A stretch of DNA of 64,000 nt from Leucoraja erinacea (taxonomy: Eukaryota). Numbering within the stretch: position 1 is the stretch's first letter; each line of letters begins with the position of its first letter. Shown one piece after another: positions 26,051-39,477 of this stretch. Both the position numbers and the translations under genes were made by a program. The DNA lies in NCBI RefSeq assembly GCF_028641065.1, contig NC_073408.1, forward strand, positions 9,362,001-9,426,000. Reading direction: 5' to 3'. The notes beneath the pieces are model-generated. The model did no database searches. It had not been told where the DNA came from and worked only from the letters and a program-made list of their open reading frames with translations.

Positions 26051-27549
26051 GACTATGACTTTTTCTGCAAGCTATCTCCCCTCTCCCTCAGTCTGAAGAA
26101 GGGTCCATTCCCAAATTGCTCGTCCTTTTCCCTCCACATATACTGCCTGACCCGCTGAGTTCCTCAAACACTTTATATTTTGCATCACGTACATCACCTG
26201 TTCCCTCATCTGTGATTATTAAATTATGCTGAGAGACTGAGAAAATAAAAGTGCTAAACATCCTTATTACGAACAGATACTGTCTTCATGATGTGCATTT
26301 AAAAATTTTTTTTTTCTTTTTACAAAGGATCAGTTATTAAGATGTAAGTGTCAATTACATTTCACTTCAATGTCATTTATACGTGATTGGAAACAAGGTC
26401 AAAGTTTTCTCAAAAGCTGCATCATCTTACTGAATGAACTGTGGCAAATTTTAACATTAGATGAGCTACATTCAATTTTCTCTCATTTCACTTTAGTATA
26501 AGGCAGTGATAATCTGTGACCGGAAAAGCAAACGACTGTAGCTGATGGCACAGAGTTTATTTTTGTAAAACCACGTTGTTCAATTCCCTTTTGTAGAAAT
26601 CAATTAATGAACATGTAATTCTGCTCTGGACTGATTAATATTATAATTAGTAAAGTAGAATAGTGAAACTAGTCGGAGAACTAGGGTGGGGGAGTGACAC
26701 AGAGAGAGGGAATGCTAGGATTACTTGAAGTTAGAGAAATCAACACCAGATGTATGAACACTGCCACAGCGTATACAGTATATTTGGTCTGCAGTACAAA
26801 ACTGATCCAAAATTCTTGCAAGAGAATTTCACAATAGTTCAAGCATTCATCTCCCTTCGTTTGCCACAACCACTCCTTCCGGTCTCTGCTCGCTGACTTG
26901 TGTGTGAGTCATCCATTTGCAATCTTCATATAGAGTTCTTCAGAAGACTGTCACCTTATAGAGATGTAAAAGATCATGAGAGGGATAAATAGGGTAAATG
27001 CCCAGAGTAGGAGACTCAAGAACCAGACAACATATAGTTAAGGTGAGGGGGAGCGGGGGAGATTTAATATGAAACTAAGGTGTAACTTTTTAACATAAAG
27101 CTTGGTAGGTATATAGAATGGCAGGTAGTTGGGGCAGGTAATATTACAATGTTTAAGAAACATTTAGACAGGTTCATGGATAGGATAGGTTTCGATGGAT
27201 ATGGGCTAAATGCAGACAGGTTGAACTAATGTAGATGAGGGGTGTTGGTCAGCATGGGAAAATTGGGCTGAAGGGCCTGTTTCCCTGCTGTATGCCTCTA
27301 TGACTTGAGAAACAAGATGAAGGATTAGAAATATTTAATCATTCCAGTTCAGAGATGGCACAGTTGATTGTACACACACTGTGGATTCAAGTCTCATTAT
27401 AAAGATCTGAGTATAAAAATGGCATCTGATGCTACAGTGCAAAGTTCAGAAAACTTTAGACTACAAAAAGTGCCATATATGTGTTTATTGTTGTTTTATT
27501 GTATTGTACTATATGTATGACTGCTGCAATTTCGTTCAGACTTCGGTCT

Positions 27550-27682
27550 NNNNNNNNNNNNNNNNNNNNNNNNNNNNNNNNNNNNNNNNNNNNNNNNNNN
27601 NNNNNNNNNNNNNNNNNNNNNNNNNNNNNNNNNNNNNNNNNNNNNNNNNNNNNNNNNNNNNNNNNNNNNNNNNNNNNNNNNN
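27550..27682. other. Assembly gap (N run)
   Basis: Run of n. Confidence 1.
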
Positions 27683-28499
27683 GCTTCCTTTAACGGGTTA
27701 ACACAAATGAAATTCCTTTATTTTTAGTACCATCATAGTGAATCTAAGCTTCATTTTTTTTATCCCTTTTGGTAAATTAAGTTGATTTTTCATTGGAATT
27801 TGGCTTAACATTACTTGCCTGATATCCACTTCCTCAGAGGTATGAAGCCACATCAGGGTATGTATATGATTTTTCTAGGGCTGCTTTTGTTCATCCAGAG
27901 CAATTACTATCCCTAAAGTCCTGAGAAAATTAATTCCTTAAATGTTACAGAAAAATTCTTTAAATTATACTGCTAATTTTTGGGGGCTTGCCATGAACAA
28001 AATTTGCAGTACATTTGTCATTAGCTGACCTTTGCGTAGCTTTGTAGGAAGGAACTGCCGATGTTGGTTTAAAGATAGACACAAAAAGCTGGTGTAACGC
28101 AGCTGGACAGGCAGCATCTCTAGAGAGAATAAATGGGCGATGTCTCGGGATGAGAACATTCTACGCTGCCAGGGGTGGTGGTGGAGGCAGATATGATAGT
28201 GGTGTTTAAGACATTTTTGAATAGGCACATGGATATGGAGGGATATTGATCATACGCTGGCAGATGAGTGACGATCTCGGCATCTTGTTCGGCACAGACA
28301 TTGTGAGCCGGTGGGCCTTTTCATGGGTCTCGACTCAAAACTTCCACCATCTCTTCTCTCCAGAGATGCTGCCCTGTCCGGCTGAGTTACTCCAGCTTTT
28401 TGTGTCTATCTTTGGGTAGGTTTATAGGGTATGGGCCAAAGACAGGTGGGACTTAGGAAGTTCAGGATGTCCCCAACAACTCTCACCAACTTCTACAGA

Positions 28500-31400
28500 T
28501 ATGTTTCCATGCTGCATCTCTAAACTAAACTAAACTAAATGAATATCAATGGGAATAACAGCGAGGCTTCGACAGAAAGCAAGTTTCCTCAAGTACTATC
28601 TGTGGATGATCAAACTAATTGTTTTATGTGAATTGATATTTTTAAAATCCTCCATTTTTATCATTGTTTGGTTAAACATATCACATTCAGGGCCATAACG
28701 TGATGGGCAATGCTGACTTTGCGAGTCATAACCACATCCTGTGAATTAATCATTACAATTTACCATTGCTCTCTGATATAAGACTCGTATTAGATGTCCA
28801 CATGTGGAACCTTTGTTTAATTTGTCCTTTCTGATACTGAAGGTGTCCAGTGAATGTAGACTCAGTCTCACAAGTGTATATCGCCTCGCCTTGTAAGAAA
28901 ATGATTATATGGATAATAAGCACCAGTAGGGCTATCAACCATGCAGGGCAGTCACCAACAAAGCCCTGTCCTCAATCAATCAACGCAACTCTCAGGTGTA
29001 ATTGCAAGCAAAAAGCCTGATTTTTATTTCTCCCTTCCATTGAATGAATAGAGATGCTGTCTGTATCAGTCATATTAGTCAGCCCATCTGCAGTCAGGAG
29101 TTAACCCTGATCATTCCTGGACAGTTATGCTCTGTTTTATTAGTGAGGACATTTGCCAGTAAACTTTGCAGCACTTGAAATTAAAGGCGAAAATGGGTCT
29201 CATATATAAGAGGTACAAGTTATAATTTGTGCAGTTAAACAGAGAATCATCAGCAAGTGGTAATTATTTGTGGTAATTGCAAATTTGAAACTATAAAATA
29301 ATCTAAAAGATACAACATAACTGCAAATTCATCAACTTGATTGAAAGATCTAATTTGTCACTGGGTTAAAAAAAACACAATGCAAAAATGAACCATTTTA
29401 TAGAGTGAGAGGGAGCCTATGTTGTACGCACAGTGTGAACTACATTTCCAGTTACTATAAAAAGATAAGAAGATATCTTTTAAGAGCAGACGTAAACCGT
29501 ACCCCCCCCTCCCCCCTCCCCTTGAGCCTGCACAGACATTCAAGAACAACCCAGTTGATCTCATCCAGGCTCAGCTCCATTAGTTTGCCTGTTTACTATA
29601 ACCCTTGATACATCCAAATTCTTAAATCTTCTCTCAACCCTCAATGCACCTGATGAGAATGCCACAAGATAAAGAAACATGCCTACGTTGTGTTGTTGTC
29701 ACCAGTTAAATAGCCCCTGCAGGCAGATACACCTCCAAGGGATGCAGCTGAATTAGGCAGTGTTAAAGGTTACTAACTATAATACAGCACGGAAGGCCCC
29801 ATAGCAGAAGTCTCCACATCGCGGGGCTGGAAACTGGAAATATCCTGAGCTAATTCTGCTACCACCATCATCTATTGCAACAAGTGATGCCTTCCACTAA
29901 TTGGCGCCGGAAGCTTGCGTCCTTTTCAGGATGGACGATGGCAGCGAGGTCAACATTTGTAATAAGATGGACACGAAAAAAAGAAGACAGCACGGAAACA
30001 GGCCCTTTGGCAGAGTGGACGGAGAATGGCAGAGTAGACTTGGTGGGCCAAATGGCCTAATTCTGCTCATATGAGCTTCTGAACTGAAAGACCATCTTTC
30101 TTCCTCCTGCACTCCAATGAATATAGTCCTAGCCTGCCCGACCTCTCCATATAGCTCAGACTCTCATAAATGCAACATCCTCATAAATCTTCTCCGCACT
30201 ATTCAGTTTAACTACATCCTTCCTAGAGGTCCTTTCTTTTACCACTAACACAAGGGTAATGATAGCAAAGGAATTGAACAGCTGGCAGGAAATGTGAGGG
30301 TTGGAATGGCTTTTCTGAGAGAGAGAGACAGGTAGACTCACAGAACATGTTTTACTATCGACATGGTTGAAAGTAGTGCCATTGGTTATAGATGAAGAGG
30401 TGCGCAGTAGGCCAGTGGTGAGAAGAAAAAGTTACATCATGGAGACAAAAATAATGGAAGATGCTGGAATTTGGATCGAAATGCAAAGTGCTGGAGTGGA
30501 TCAGCAGGTCAGGCATCATCTGTGGGGGGAAGTGATAGATAACATTTTGGGTTAGAGCCCTTCTTCAGATTGATTGTAGTAGGGGATAGCTAGGAAAATA
30601 AAGTGGAGGCGGAACAATGCCTGGCAAGTGATAGGTGGATGCAGGTGAGGAAAGTTAGATGAAGAGGAGTGAAATGTAAAGACAGAGGGATGGATATTGT
30701 TGGAAGGCAGACAGGTGGAAGGACACACCCGGGGGGGGGGGGGTTTAGATGAACGAAAACACCAGAGGGCGGAATATAGGTGGAAGAGTCACATAATGTG
30801 GTGAACAATGTTCTGTAGATGGCTTCATCTCATATAATGGTGGTACCTTCACCACTGAGGAGCCATGTTATCCCATAAATACAACAATACAACAAAATAG
30901 TGGCCAATTATTTTATTCCATGTAGTACAAGACACAGAGTACAGTGATCTATGGTATTCCAGCCCACAAAAGTTGTTGCTACAGAATATTACAGTGATTG
31001 CTTTGAGAGGTTGCATTTCAAAGAACACAATATGACACTTTATACACCTGATTCTTTACAGTTTCCGAGTAGAATGATTTGCTTTATTTCCTGAACTTAA
31101 TTTATTCCTACTGCAGCTGATGCTGATCTTCCTAATTATCTGCTTTCCCGGTTTTAGCAACCTCCAATATAGTCACCAAAACAACCAATTTTTCACAAGA
31201 TTTACACAATTAAAATTGGTAGTTTATGGGATAACCCACTTAATCCGTTTCCATTACTCTCTAAAGCATACTGAAGGCCATGTTCAAAAATAGGAGCTTT
31301 CTCCCCCCGAACCCTAAGTTTGATTGTCATATATGGAGGTCCCACCACCATTGTTACACCCAAGATCACCATTATCCACATCTTCTAACTATTACCCCAT

Positions 31401-32355
31401 TGCCCCAGTAAGATCAGGATTATTCGGTGAAGAACCACTGGTTAGACCGATTATTTTTTGGGCGAAATACATCAATAATTTTTATTCTTTTGGGATCCCA
31501 GACACAAACCACTTTTAACCTTCCCACACCTTGGAGGGCACCAAGCAGTGTCAAAGCCATGATAATCTATCTTTTTGACTTTTCCCGCATTGACCAGCAA
31601 CTGAAGCACAATCTTTTGCCTGTTATCCAGATCTAGGGGATATCTGCTGGCTTTATCAAGGCTACGTGTGACATAGACTCCAGGACCGAACGTGCCATCT
31701 TTGGATTGACAGAAACCACATTTACGAATGGCATGCGCATCTGCGACATTGGTTCCATGGTACATCACGTAGATCTTGTTTTCAACTGGTGCCAAACAGC
31801 TCGTGAGGCACCGTGGAATATGGCAGGCCATGGTAACGAGTCGAAGTTCGAAACTTGCCTTTTGACGAAAATAAAAGAAAATATAAGTAAGAGATTTATT
31901 AATTCTGTCCTAAATCATTCACCGAATCTGATCATATTTCCCCCTCCTCTTTCTTACTCCACCCTCTCCCTTCTCACATTCCACTTTTCCGCTTCTTTTC
32001 TTTTCCTATATCCTTTTGTCTCTGTTTTACCTTTAGACTTCATCATTACCTCTAGCCATCTCTCAATCAATTCCTCCTCCCTCACCTTTCACTTCCTGGG
32101 CTTTGCCCGACCCCATCTCTCCAGCTTCCGCGTCCCTGCTCCGTCAGTCTGAAGAAAGATCCCGACAAGATCGCAAAACAGGAACCGTTCATTTTCTACC
32201 ACAAATGCTGCCTCATCTGGCAAATTAATATTTTGTACTTTGTAAAAAGTACTTTGTTTTTAGCTCAAGCATCTGTAGTTGATGAGTCTCCATATGTCCA
32301 TATGTCCCTCATGTTCTTGCATGCTGGTGATTCTGCCAAACAGATTCTTGGAAAC
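28500..32355. repeat. Third duplication unit (C)
   Basis: 28500-29570 matches 12455-13650; 30255-30775 matches 19578-20090; 30775-32355 matches 14725-16380. Confidence 0.88.
31472..31831 (-). pseudogene. Gig2-like copy C, truncated and frameshifted (119 aa)
   Basis: Relative to A it is 13 codons shorter at the N-terminus and has a 33-nt in-frame deletion (QGHPLQKTWHY). An 11-nt deletion removes the EED codons and shifts the frame; the original C-terminus (WDPKRIKIIDVFRPK) continues in another frame. Homology to the A/B intron ends at about 32355 and no exon-1/ISRE copy was found. Confidence 0.8.
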
Positions 32356-33294
32356 TCTAGAATGTTTGACATACGTGTCACATGTTTGTGATTAGTACAG
32401 ATGTCAGAGGTTATGGGGAGAAGGCAGGAGAATGGGGTAAGAAACATAGAAAACATTGAAAAATAGGTGCAGGAGTAGGCCATTCGGCCCTTCGAGCCAG
32501 CACCGCCATTCAATATGATCATGGCTGATCATCCTAAATCAGTACCCCAGTCCTGCTTTCTCCCCATATTCCTTGATTCCGTTAGGAGGGAGAGATAGAT
32601 TGGCCATGATCGAATAGCGGAGTAGACTTGATGGGCCAAATGGCCGAATTCTACTCCTATTCCCTCTGACCTTATGACACTACCTGCCCATATACTATCC
32701 CACCAGTTCACAATCACATGTAGCTCTCAGCTTTCTCTCATATGATGAGAGTGATACCAAGGAGCCAATGTGCAGGAGGATGACAAAGAAGTGTATAAAC
32801 TATACTGAGCATGATGGGGGACTTCAATCATCCCAAAATAAGCTGGGATAATAATAGTGTTAAAACCAGAGGAGGTGAAGAATATGGAATATGTGCGGAA
32901 GATAAGATATGGTCTTGGCTTTATGTTTGGCATGGACATTGTGGCCCATAGAGACTATTCTTTGTGCTGTACCATTCCATGTCCTATGTTATTCCGTACG
33001 TTTCATTGTTGCATTTGCCTCAAAATCCTGATCAAAATATTTAGCCTTCAAATTGCAAACTCATGAGGAAACTGTATGAACATGTCTTGCAGTGGCACTA
33101 GAAGCTAGAAAAACCAATGAGGAATACAAGTCTGTACAAGGAATCTCCTATCTGCATGGAACAATGAAATAGATAATTTGCACAGAGCAAGTTAGCTACA
33201 ATACTGACATCTACCTGACAGTGTGGAGTATTGCTCAGATATGTCCTGTCTACTAATTGGAACCTTCTTACTATCTTGAGTGGGGGTGGGGGTA

Positions 33295-33990
33295 AAGACT
33301 TCATTGGGGTCATCAGGTGGGACCCTCCTTCCTTGGTGTTTCGTTGATAGGCCCACGACACCTCCAGAGGGCTCAACAGCAACACCTGACGTCCCAGGTG
33401 CGCTCCTCTCCTTTACCCCTCTTGCTGGTCATTTTGCAGCCCAGTTGGAGTCCTTCCTCTTATGCCACAGCCAGTTGCTGCTTCGCTCGGCAGCCTCTGA
33501 CAGCGACCTGACGGCTTGCCGGAAGGCCTGTCCTCGAACTCCCATTCCCTTCAGGAGTCTGGTTGTTGACATGGCTACAAACCCTCTACAACCAACCTCT
33601 ACAAGGAGCACCTGAGTACGCCAGCTGCGTTGTTCTGCCTCGGCTGCCTAGCCTGAATACCTCAGACATTTGCGTTCATGTGCTTCACCAACTGCAGCCT
33701 CCCAAGGCACAGTTAACTCCACAAAGTGCAGGGACTTCTGTGAGGTTGACCACAAGATCAGGTCCGGACAGAGATTAGTTGTGATGATCTCTGGTGGAAA
33801 GATGAGCTTCTGGTCTAGATCAGCCTGCATTTACCAGTCCCGGGCAGTGTCCAGGAGAGTCGGTTCCTATCTTGCAAATGGCTTCTCTAGAAGTTGTCCT
33901 GCCTTTACAACAGAGGTGGTGTTCGAGAAACCGGGCATTAGGGGAGGGAGGGCATCTCCTTCCTTCCAAGGTAATCGCCAGTTGTCACAG
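33295..33990 (-). mobile_element. Hero-like (R2 group, restriction-like endonuclease) non-LTR retrotransposon 3' fragment
   Basis: PDLILWS...VELTVPWE...AHERK.LRY and VEVGCRGF...AAERSSNWLW are RLE-domain motifs. Confidence 0.82.
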
Positions 33991-34341
33991 GACCTGATTG
34001 TGCCTCCAGGTGTAGTGGCCTTGTGAGCAGACTGGTTTTGGAAATATATCACCATTCCTTTGCTGTCACTGAGTCAAAATTCTGGAACTTGTCACCATCT
34101 TCGTAGGCAAAGCCACACCGTATGGACCACAGCTCATCGCCTTCTGGAGGGCAATTAATTGCTGATTCATTCTGAATAAATAAAAAGACAATTGTCACAA
34201 AACAGCTGCAGAAATAAACGAGGCAAACATGTGGATGTAATGAACCTTTGGCTGCAGTAATGACTGTCAGTCATGGTCAATTTAACAATCATTCTCACTA
34301 TCTAGTCTATTTTCTTTGTCAACAATGCAAAAGTTTACAGA

Positions 34342-34830
34342 AGCCAATTAACCAGCAAGCCTGTATGTCTTTGGAGTGTGGGAGGAAACCGGAGCACCCG
34401 GAGAACTTCCGCACGGTCACAGGGAGAACGTACAAACTCTGTACAGACAGTTCAAGTTCAAGTGAGTTTGTTGTCATGTGTCCCTGATAGGACGATGAAA
34501 TTCTTGCTTTGCTTCAGCACACAGAACATAGTAGGCATTTACTACAAAACAGATCAGTGTGTCCATATACCATGATATAAATATATACTGTACACATATG
34601 AATAAATAAACTGATAAAGTGCAAATAACAGAAAATGGGTTACTAATAATCATGGTTTTGTCCGAGCCAGGTTTAATGGCTGTGGGGAAGTAGCTATTCC
34701 TGAACCTGGTTGTTGCAGTCTTCAGGCTCCTGTACCTTCTACCTGAAGGTAGCAGGGAGATGAGTGTGTGGCCAGGATGATGTGGGTCTTTGATGAGACA
34801 GCACCCCGTAGTCAGGATAGAACCTGGGTT
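34342..34830 (-). mobile_element. HE1/V-SINE-like SINE split by a Rex1/Babar-like LINE 3' fragment (about 34451-34797)
   Basis: The SINE breaks at 'acagacag' and resumes at 'gacagcaccccgtagtcagg'. The insert starts with a (TTCAAG)n tail. Confidence 0.7.
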
Positions 34831-35461
34831 TGGAACTGCAACTCAGCACACGTGACAACAATAAACCAATAAACCAATTCTAATGCCAGGTTTTTTACTT
34901 TAAAATTATTTGAATGGTTTCTGCATGAATCTGACTATCAGGTGTACTTAAAAGCAGTTCAGACGCATTCGATAGTGAAGGCCATCAGGGTGTTCGGGGT
35001 TGGAGATTCAATGGCTCTGCTCAACACACAGAGTTTACATCACCAAAAAGTGAGCTATACAGAAGCAACTACAGATGTCAGCCCCTTCTCCTGTGTGGCC
35101 ACTCTACACAATTCACCCTCATTTTGTCAATCGTATTTGACCAGGACATAGAGGATCTCTCACCAGCTCATCTTTATCTGAAGACATGGAATGCTTTATA
35201 GTGATGCAAGAGGGAAGATTAATGTGCGTATATGACAAAAAATTATTCATGTTCAAAAAGTATTAGTCTAAAAGCGAGGCATTGATCTTTTTGCGTCCAG
35301 AACCAAAGACAACCAGGCAAAATCAGGACATGGTGGGAATTCTCTGCAATGTGGGAAGCATCTGATGGATGAAGGAGGCAGGGCCAAAGGGAGAGAGAAA
35401 ATAGACGAGGGAGGAAGAGATAAATTGATTAGTCGGGTACCACTGGCTCACGACTTTTGGG

Positions 35462-35762
35462 GAGGACACAGTGGTAGAGTTACTACCTCACAGCACCAGA
35501 GACTCGGGTTCGAGTCTGACTAAGGGTGCTGTCTGTGTGGAGTCTGTACGTTCTCCGTGTGACCTGCTTGGGTTTTCTCCAACATCTTCATTTTCCTCCC
35601 ACACTCCAAAGACGTACAGGTATGTAGGCTAATTGGCTTGGTACAAATGTACAAATTGTCCCTAGTGTAGGATAGTGTTAATGTGAGCGGATGGCTGGTC
35701 AGTGCGGACTCGGTGGGCCGAAGGGCCTTTTCTGCACTGTATCTCTAAAACTAAAACTAAAA
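35462..35762 (+). mobile_element. HE1/V-SINE-like SINE
   Basis: Head, core and (CTAAA)n tail as at 3355. Confidence 0.85.
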
Positions 35763-37992
35763 ACAGAAAATAAAAAAGATTTTTTATAAAATCATTTGAA
35801 TGCATTACACTCACAGTTTATCTTCTCAAGACTTAGAGTTTAACTTCATCTGGTAGCAGCCGAGTAATTTTTTTACGAATACCAGTTATTATGAACAGGT
35901 TGGGATTTTGATCAACACCTTCCACAAAGTTGCTTATGCAGTATCATAGAAACAACATTTCCTCGTGTTGGTGTGACATCCACCATCAAGAATAGTGTTA
36001 CCTCTTAATTAACATCAAACTAGTGACAACGTTGAAACAGTAAACTCATTATTGTGTATAGCACAACATTACCCACAGAATGAAGTACAGCCGCACCTTC
36101 TGCCTGTGGCTGCAACGTGAAACGGAGCAGCCCGCGATCCTTACAAAGAAAAAACTACAACAGTTCAGGTCTTTGTTTTCATTTGCCACAATCTTCCCTC
36201 TCCTCTGCTTGTTCATCTACAGTTGCAACAGTCATTCAGTGGATACTCTTCGTGAGTTCTTCAGCTAGTCAGGGCTGACTGTTTCATCATCACAGCCTCA
36301 TGCCCAGTATATTGCCTATCCCATCCCTACCTGGTTCCATCTGCTCATCAGGTTATGGGGAGAAGGCAGGAGAATGGGGTTCAGAGGGAGAGATAGATCA
36401 GCCGTGATTTAATGGCGGAGTAGACTTGATGGGCCGAATGGCCTAATTCTACTCCTTTCTGATCTTATGAACCCTCCCTTATCTGGTTCCACTTATCATC
36501 TACTAGCCTCTGTGCCTCCCCTCTTCCCACTTGACTCCTTCTACATTTTTTCCTTATATCTTTCCACTTATCATTCACTAGCCTCGATCCCTAAACATCC
36601 ACCTCCCTCTCACCTAACCTGGTTCCAACCACTTATTCCACCTATCACCCTCATTACCCCATCCTACCCCTCCCTCTCACCTCTTTATACCATCTTCCGT
36701 CTACACCCTCCGTCTTGATGCAGGTTCTTGATCTAAAACATTAATCATCCTTCCACCTCCGCAGTTGTTGTTTGTTTCTTGTCCTAGAATCGCCCCTGGA
36801 AACTGTGCAAAAACAAAGAGCTGGAAGATCTCCTTGGGTCAGGCGACATCTGTGGAGGAAATCACCGTTGTGTGCCTGCATACAGATTTGTACATCATCT
36901 GGATATGCACAATCGTGAAGGAGGAGCTAATGTAGCAATTGGAACCCTAGTGTGAGAAGCAATGGCAATTACACTTACTTTCCCAAAGCAAACTAAATTC
37001 TTTGCAACACCAGCCATTTCTGATAGTGTGTTCAAGGTATGACCCTATTAATTCTGGCAAAGAATCAGAAATAATTAATCTGGTGAGAGATAAGACAATG
37101 CGGTTAAACTGGGAAAAGCAAAAGCTCTGATCTAAAGCCACAGTCTAGGTCTTGGTACCATATTAAAGAAGGAGCAGGAATGAAATTATTAAATATCATC
37201 TTCAAAAGCAGACAACGCCAACAAGCATATGTCATCAATATGATTCCTTAATTCCATTTTTGGAAACGTCTTTGCTTATAGAAAGATAGATGGTCATTAT
37301 GCACTCCAACATCTCTTAGCTCTTGTGTGGGAAGGAACTGCAGATGCTGGTTTACACCGAAGATAAACACAAAATGCTGGAGTAACTCAGCGGGCCAGGC
37401 AGAATCTCTGGAGAGGAATGGGTGACGTCACCCATTCCTTCTCTCTTAGCTCTTAAAGGGTGATCGATGGTTAGCATCGTCTCGATGGGCCAAAGGGCCT
37501 GTTTCCATGCCGTGTGTCTCTAAACTCTAAACTCAGCAACATGGGATGAATCACTTTGATCATCCCGGATGTCACATTGACCCAGCACTTCCTTGACCTT
37601 TTTCTATTGGTAAAGCAGATCCAGTGATTAACAAGAGACCAGATTACTGTCATTGATGACCTTAAGCTCTGTAGCCCAACCAAGATCTCACATACTGCAT
37701 TTCTCCATTCCACTGGAATGAACTTCAGTCTTGGTGGGACCTGATATGAATCAGCGCCGCACTCATTCCAGTTTGTTACATAGTCATAATTTTCTTTCTC
37801 TCACTTGCAGATTGAAGATGATGTTGTCATCATTTGCCCCGTCCCTTGAGAGTGCTTTGTCTTATTCCTTTAGCTACTGACATACACTCCAGGATCCAGA
37901 AGCCCAGTCTTGGATGAAATAAAACCTGAACATATTTTATTAGTGGCATTGTTCTATGAGTGCCTTGATAGGGAATATATCTTCCATCATTC

Positions 37993-38495
37993 TGGGCAGC
38001 ACAGTGGCGTAGTGGTAGAGCTGCTGCCTTACAGCGCCAGAGACCCGGGTTGGATCCTCACCACGGTTGCTGACTGTACAGAGTTTGTATGTTCTTCCTG
38101 TGACCTTGTGAGTTTTCTCCAGGTGTTCCGGTTTCCTCCCAGAACGTACAGGTTTGTAGATAAATTGGCTTCTGTAAATTGCCCCTGGTTTGTAAGACAT
38201 AGAAGTATTTTTTTTTAATCTTATTTATATAGCACATTTTTAGTCAACTTGCATTGACCCCAAAGTGCTTCACATAATTACATTACATTTACACACAGGC
38301 AAAGGTGGATGAAGTGTCTTGCCCCAAGGACACAACGACAGTATGCACTCCAAGCGGGATTCGAACTGGCTACCTTCCGGTCGCCAGCCGAACACTTAGC
38401 CCATTGCGCCATCTGTCGTCACGTGATCGATGGTCGGCATGGGCTCGGTGGGCCGAATTGCCTGTTTCCATGCTGTATCTCTGAACTAAACTAAA
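37993..38495 (+). mobile_element. HE1/V-SINE-like SINE inserted in Gig2 copy D, with a nested second SINE
   Basis: Head and core at 37993-38190, tail at 38420-38495. Confidence 0.82.
38208..38418 (-). mobile_element. Second tRNA-derived SINE family, with L2-type tail
   Basis: Head cgacagatggcgcaatgggctaag...gttcgaatccc; tail aagcactttgg...aaatgtgctatataaataag. Confidence 0.75.
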
Positions 38496-39477
38496 CTCCT
38501 GGCTTGACATCAGATGTCTGCTATCTTTGCAAGCAGCCTGCCACCCAGAACACTCTTTCACTTCTGTTGCTTGAAACCTGCACAGGTGACATGTTCATGG
38601 GTCTCACTGAGGTCTCACACATTGTTGAGAGAAAACTTTTCTGACAAAGCTAATGAGATAATAATGTTAATGAGCTAAGTAATACCTTGGTCTTACACAG
38701 AGAGACAGATTGAAAAGCCTTTTAAAGTAGTGAGTTGGATTTATACGCTCATATCCTATCTATACTTGGTGTCCCTCTTCTCAGTTGGATAAATTAGAAT
38801 GGGTTCTGGGATCTTGATGTACCCCTTGTTGGACCTGGACCCTCTCAGTCCAGTCAGGCTTTTATGGTATTGCTTGCTCTGGAGATATACACTTTGACGA
38901 GGTCTTCCATGTACACGTCCCAGCAAAGTGTTCTACACCCAACTCAAGTAGGTGCTCTTTCAATTCTTCTCTCCGTTGGAACCCTTTCCTTCACCTGCTG
39001 CCCCATCCCACACCTCCACCCATTCCCCCTCAATCACAGGATTCCTGCTCAAACGCCCATGCCACAGAGTCTCTTGCCCAGAGTAGGGGAATCGAGGACC
39101 AGAGGACATAGATTCAAGGTAAATTGGAAAAGATTTAATAGGTATCTGGCAGGGTAACGTTTTCACACAAAGGGTGGTGGGTGTATGGAACAAGCTGTAA
39201 GATGAGATAGTTGAGCCTGGGACTATCCCAACGTTTAAGAAACAGTTAGACAGGTACATGGATAGGGCAGGTTTGGAGGGATATGGACCAAGCTTAGGCA
39301 GGTGGGACTAGTGTAGCTGGGACACGGTGTGGGCAAGTTGGGCCGAAGGTCCTGTTTCCACACTGTATCACTCTATGACTGTATATCATCCTGGATTGTT
39401 TGCTTGTCTCCAAAGTAGAATTAATCTCTCATTATTCTGATTCACAAGTTGAGACCATTGCCACCCACTTGAGACTG

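Larger units (their letters stand above)
14725..27082. repeat. Tandem segmental duplication: unit A (about 14725-19572) and unit B (about 20090-27082, expanded by TE insertions)
   Basis: Long colinear near-identity, e.g. 17190-18400 vs 22680-23875 and 18400-19572 vs 25900-27082. Confidence 0.9.
37540..38577 (-). pseudogene. Degenerate Gig2-like copy D (divergent subtype), interrupted by nested SINEs
   Basis: Manual translation across frameshifts: CSGWQAACKDSRHLMSSQE [SINE 37993-38495] QNDGRYIPYQGT / SGFISSKTGLLDPGVYVSS* / DDNIIFNLQV / WNECGADSYQVPP / SGMEKCSM*D. These blocks are colinear with the Gig2 motifs YHGT, GMLGPGVYVS, WCPP and SGLEEDCVWD. Acceptor tgtgcag at 38578. Confidence 0.75.

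Noticed and set aside
35850-36270. Possible fifth Gig2 relic (minus-strand 'FYDTA*')
   Set aside because: Only one short motif; no YHGT or GVYV equivalents upstream in any frame I read.
38740-38990. Unique-looking segment with short open frames
   Set aside because: No recognisable motif or convincing splice-site pair.
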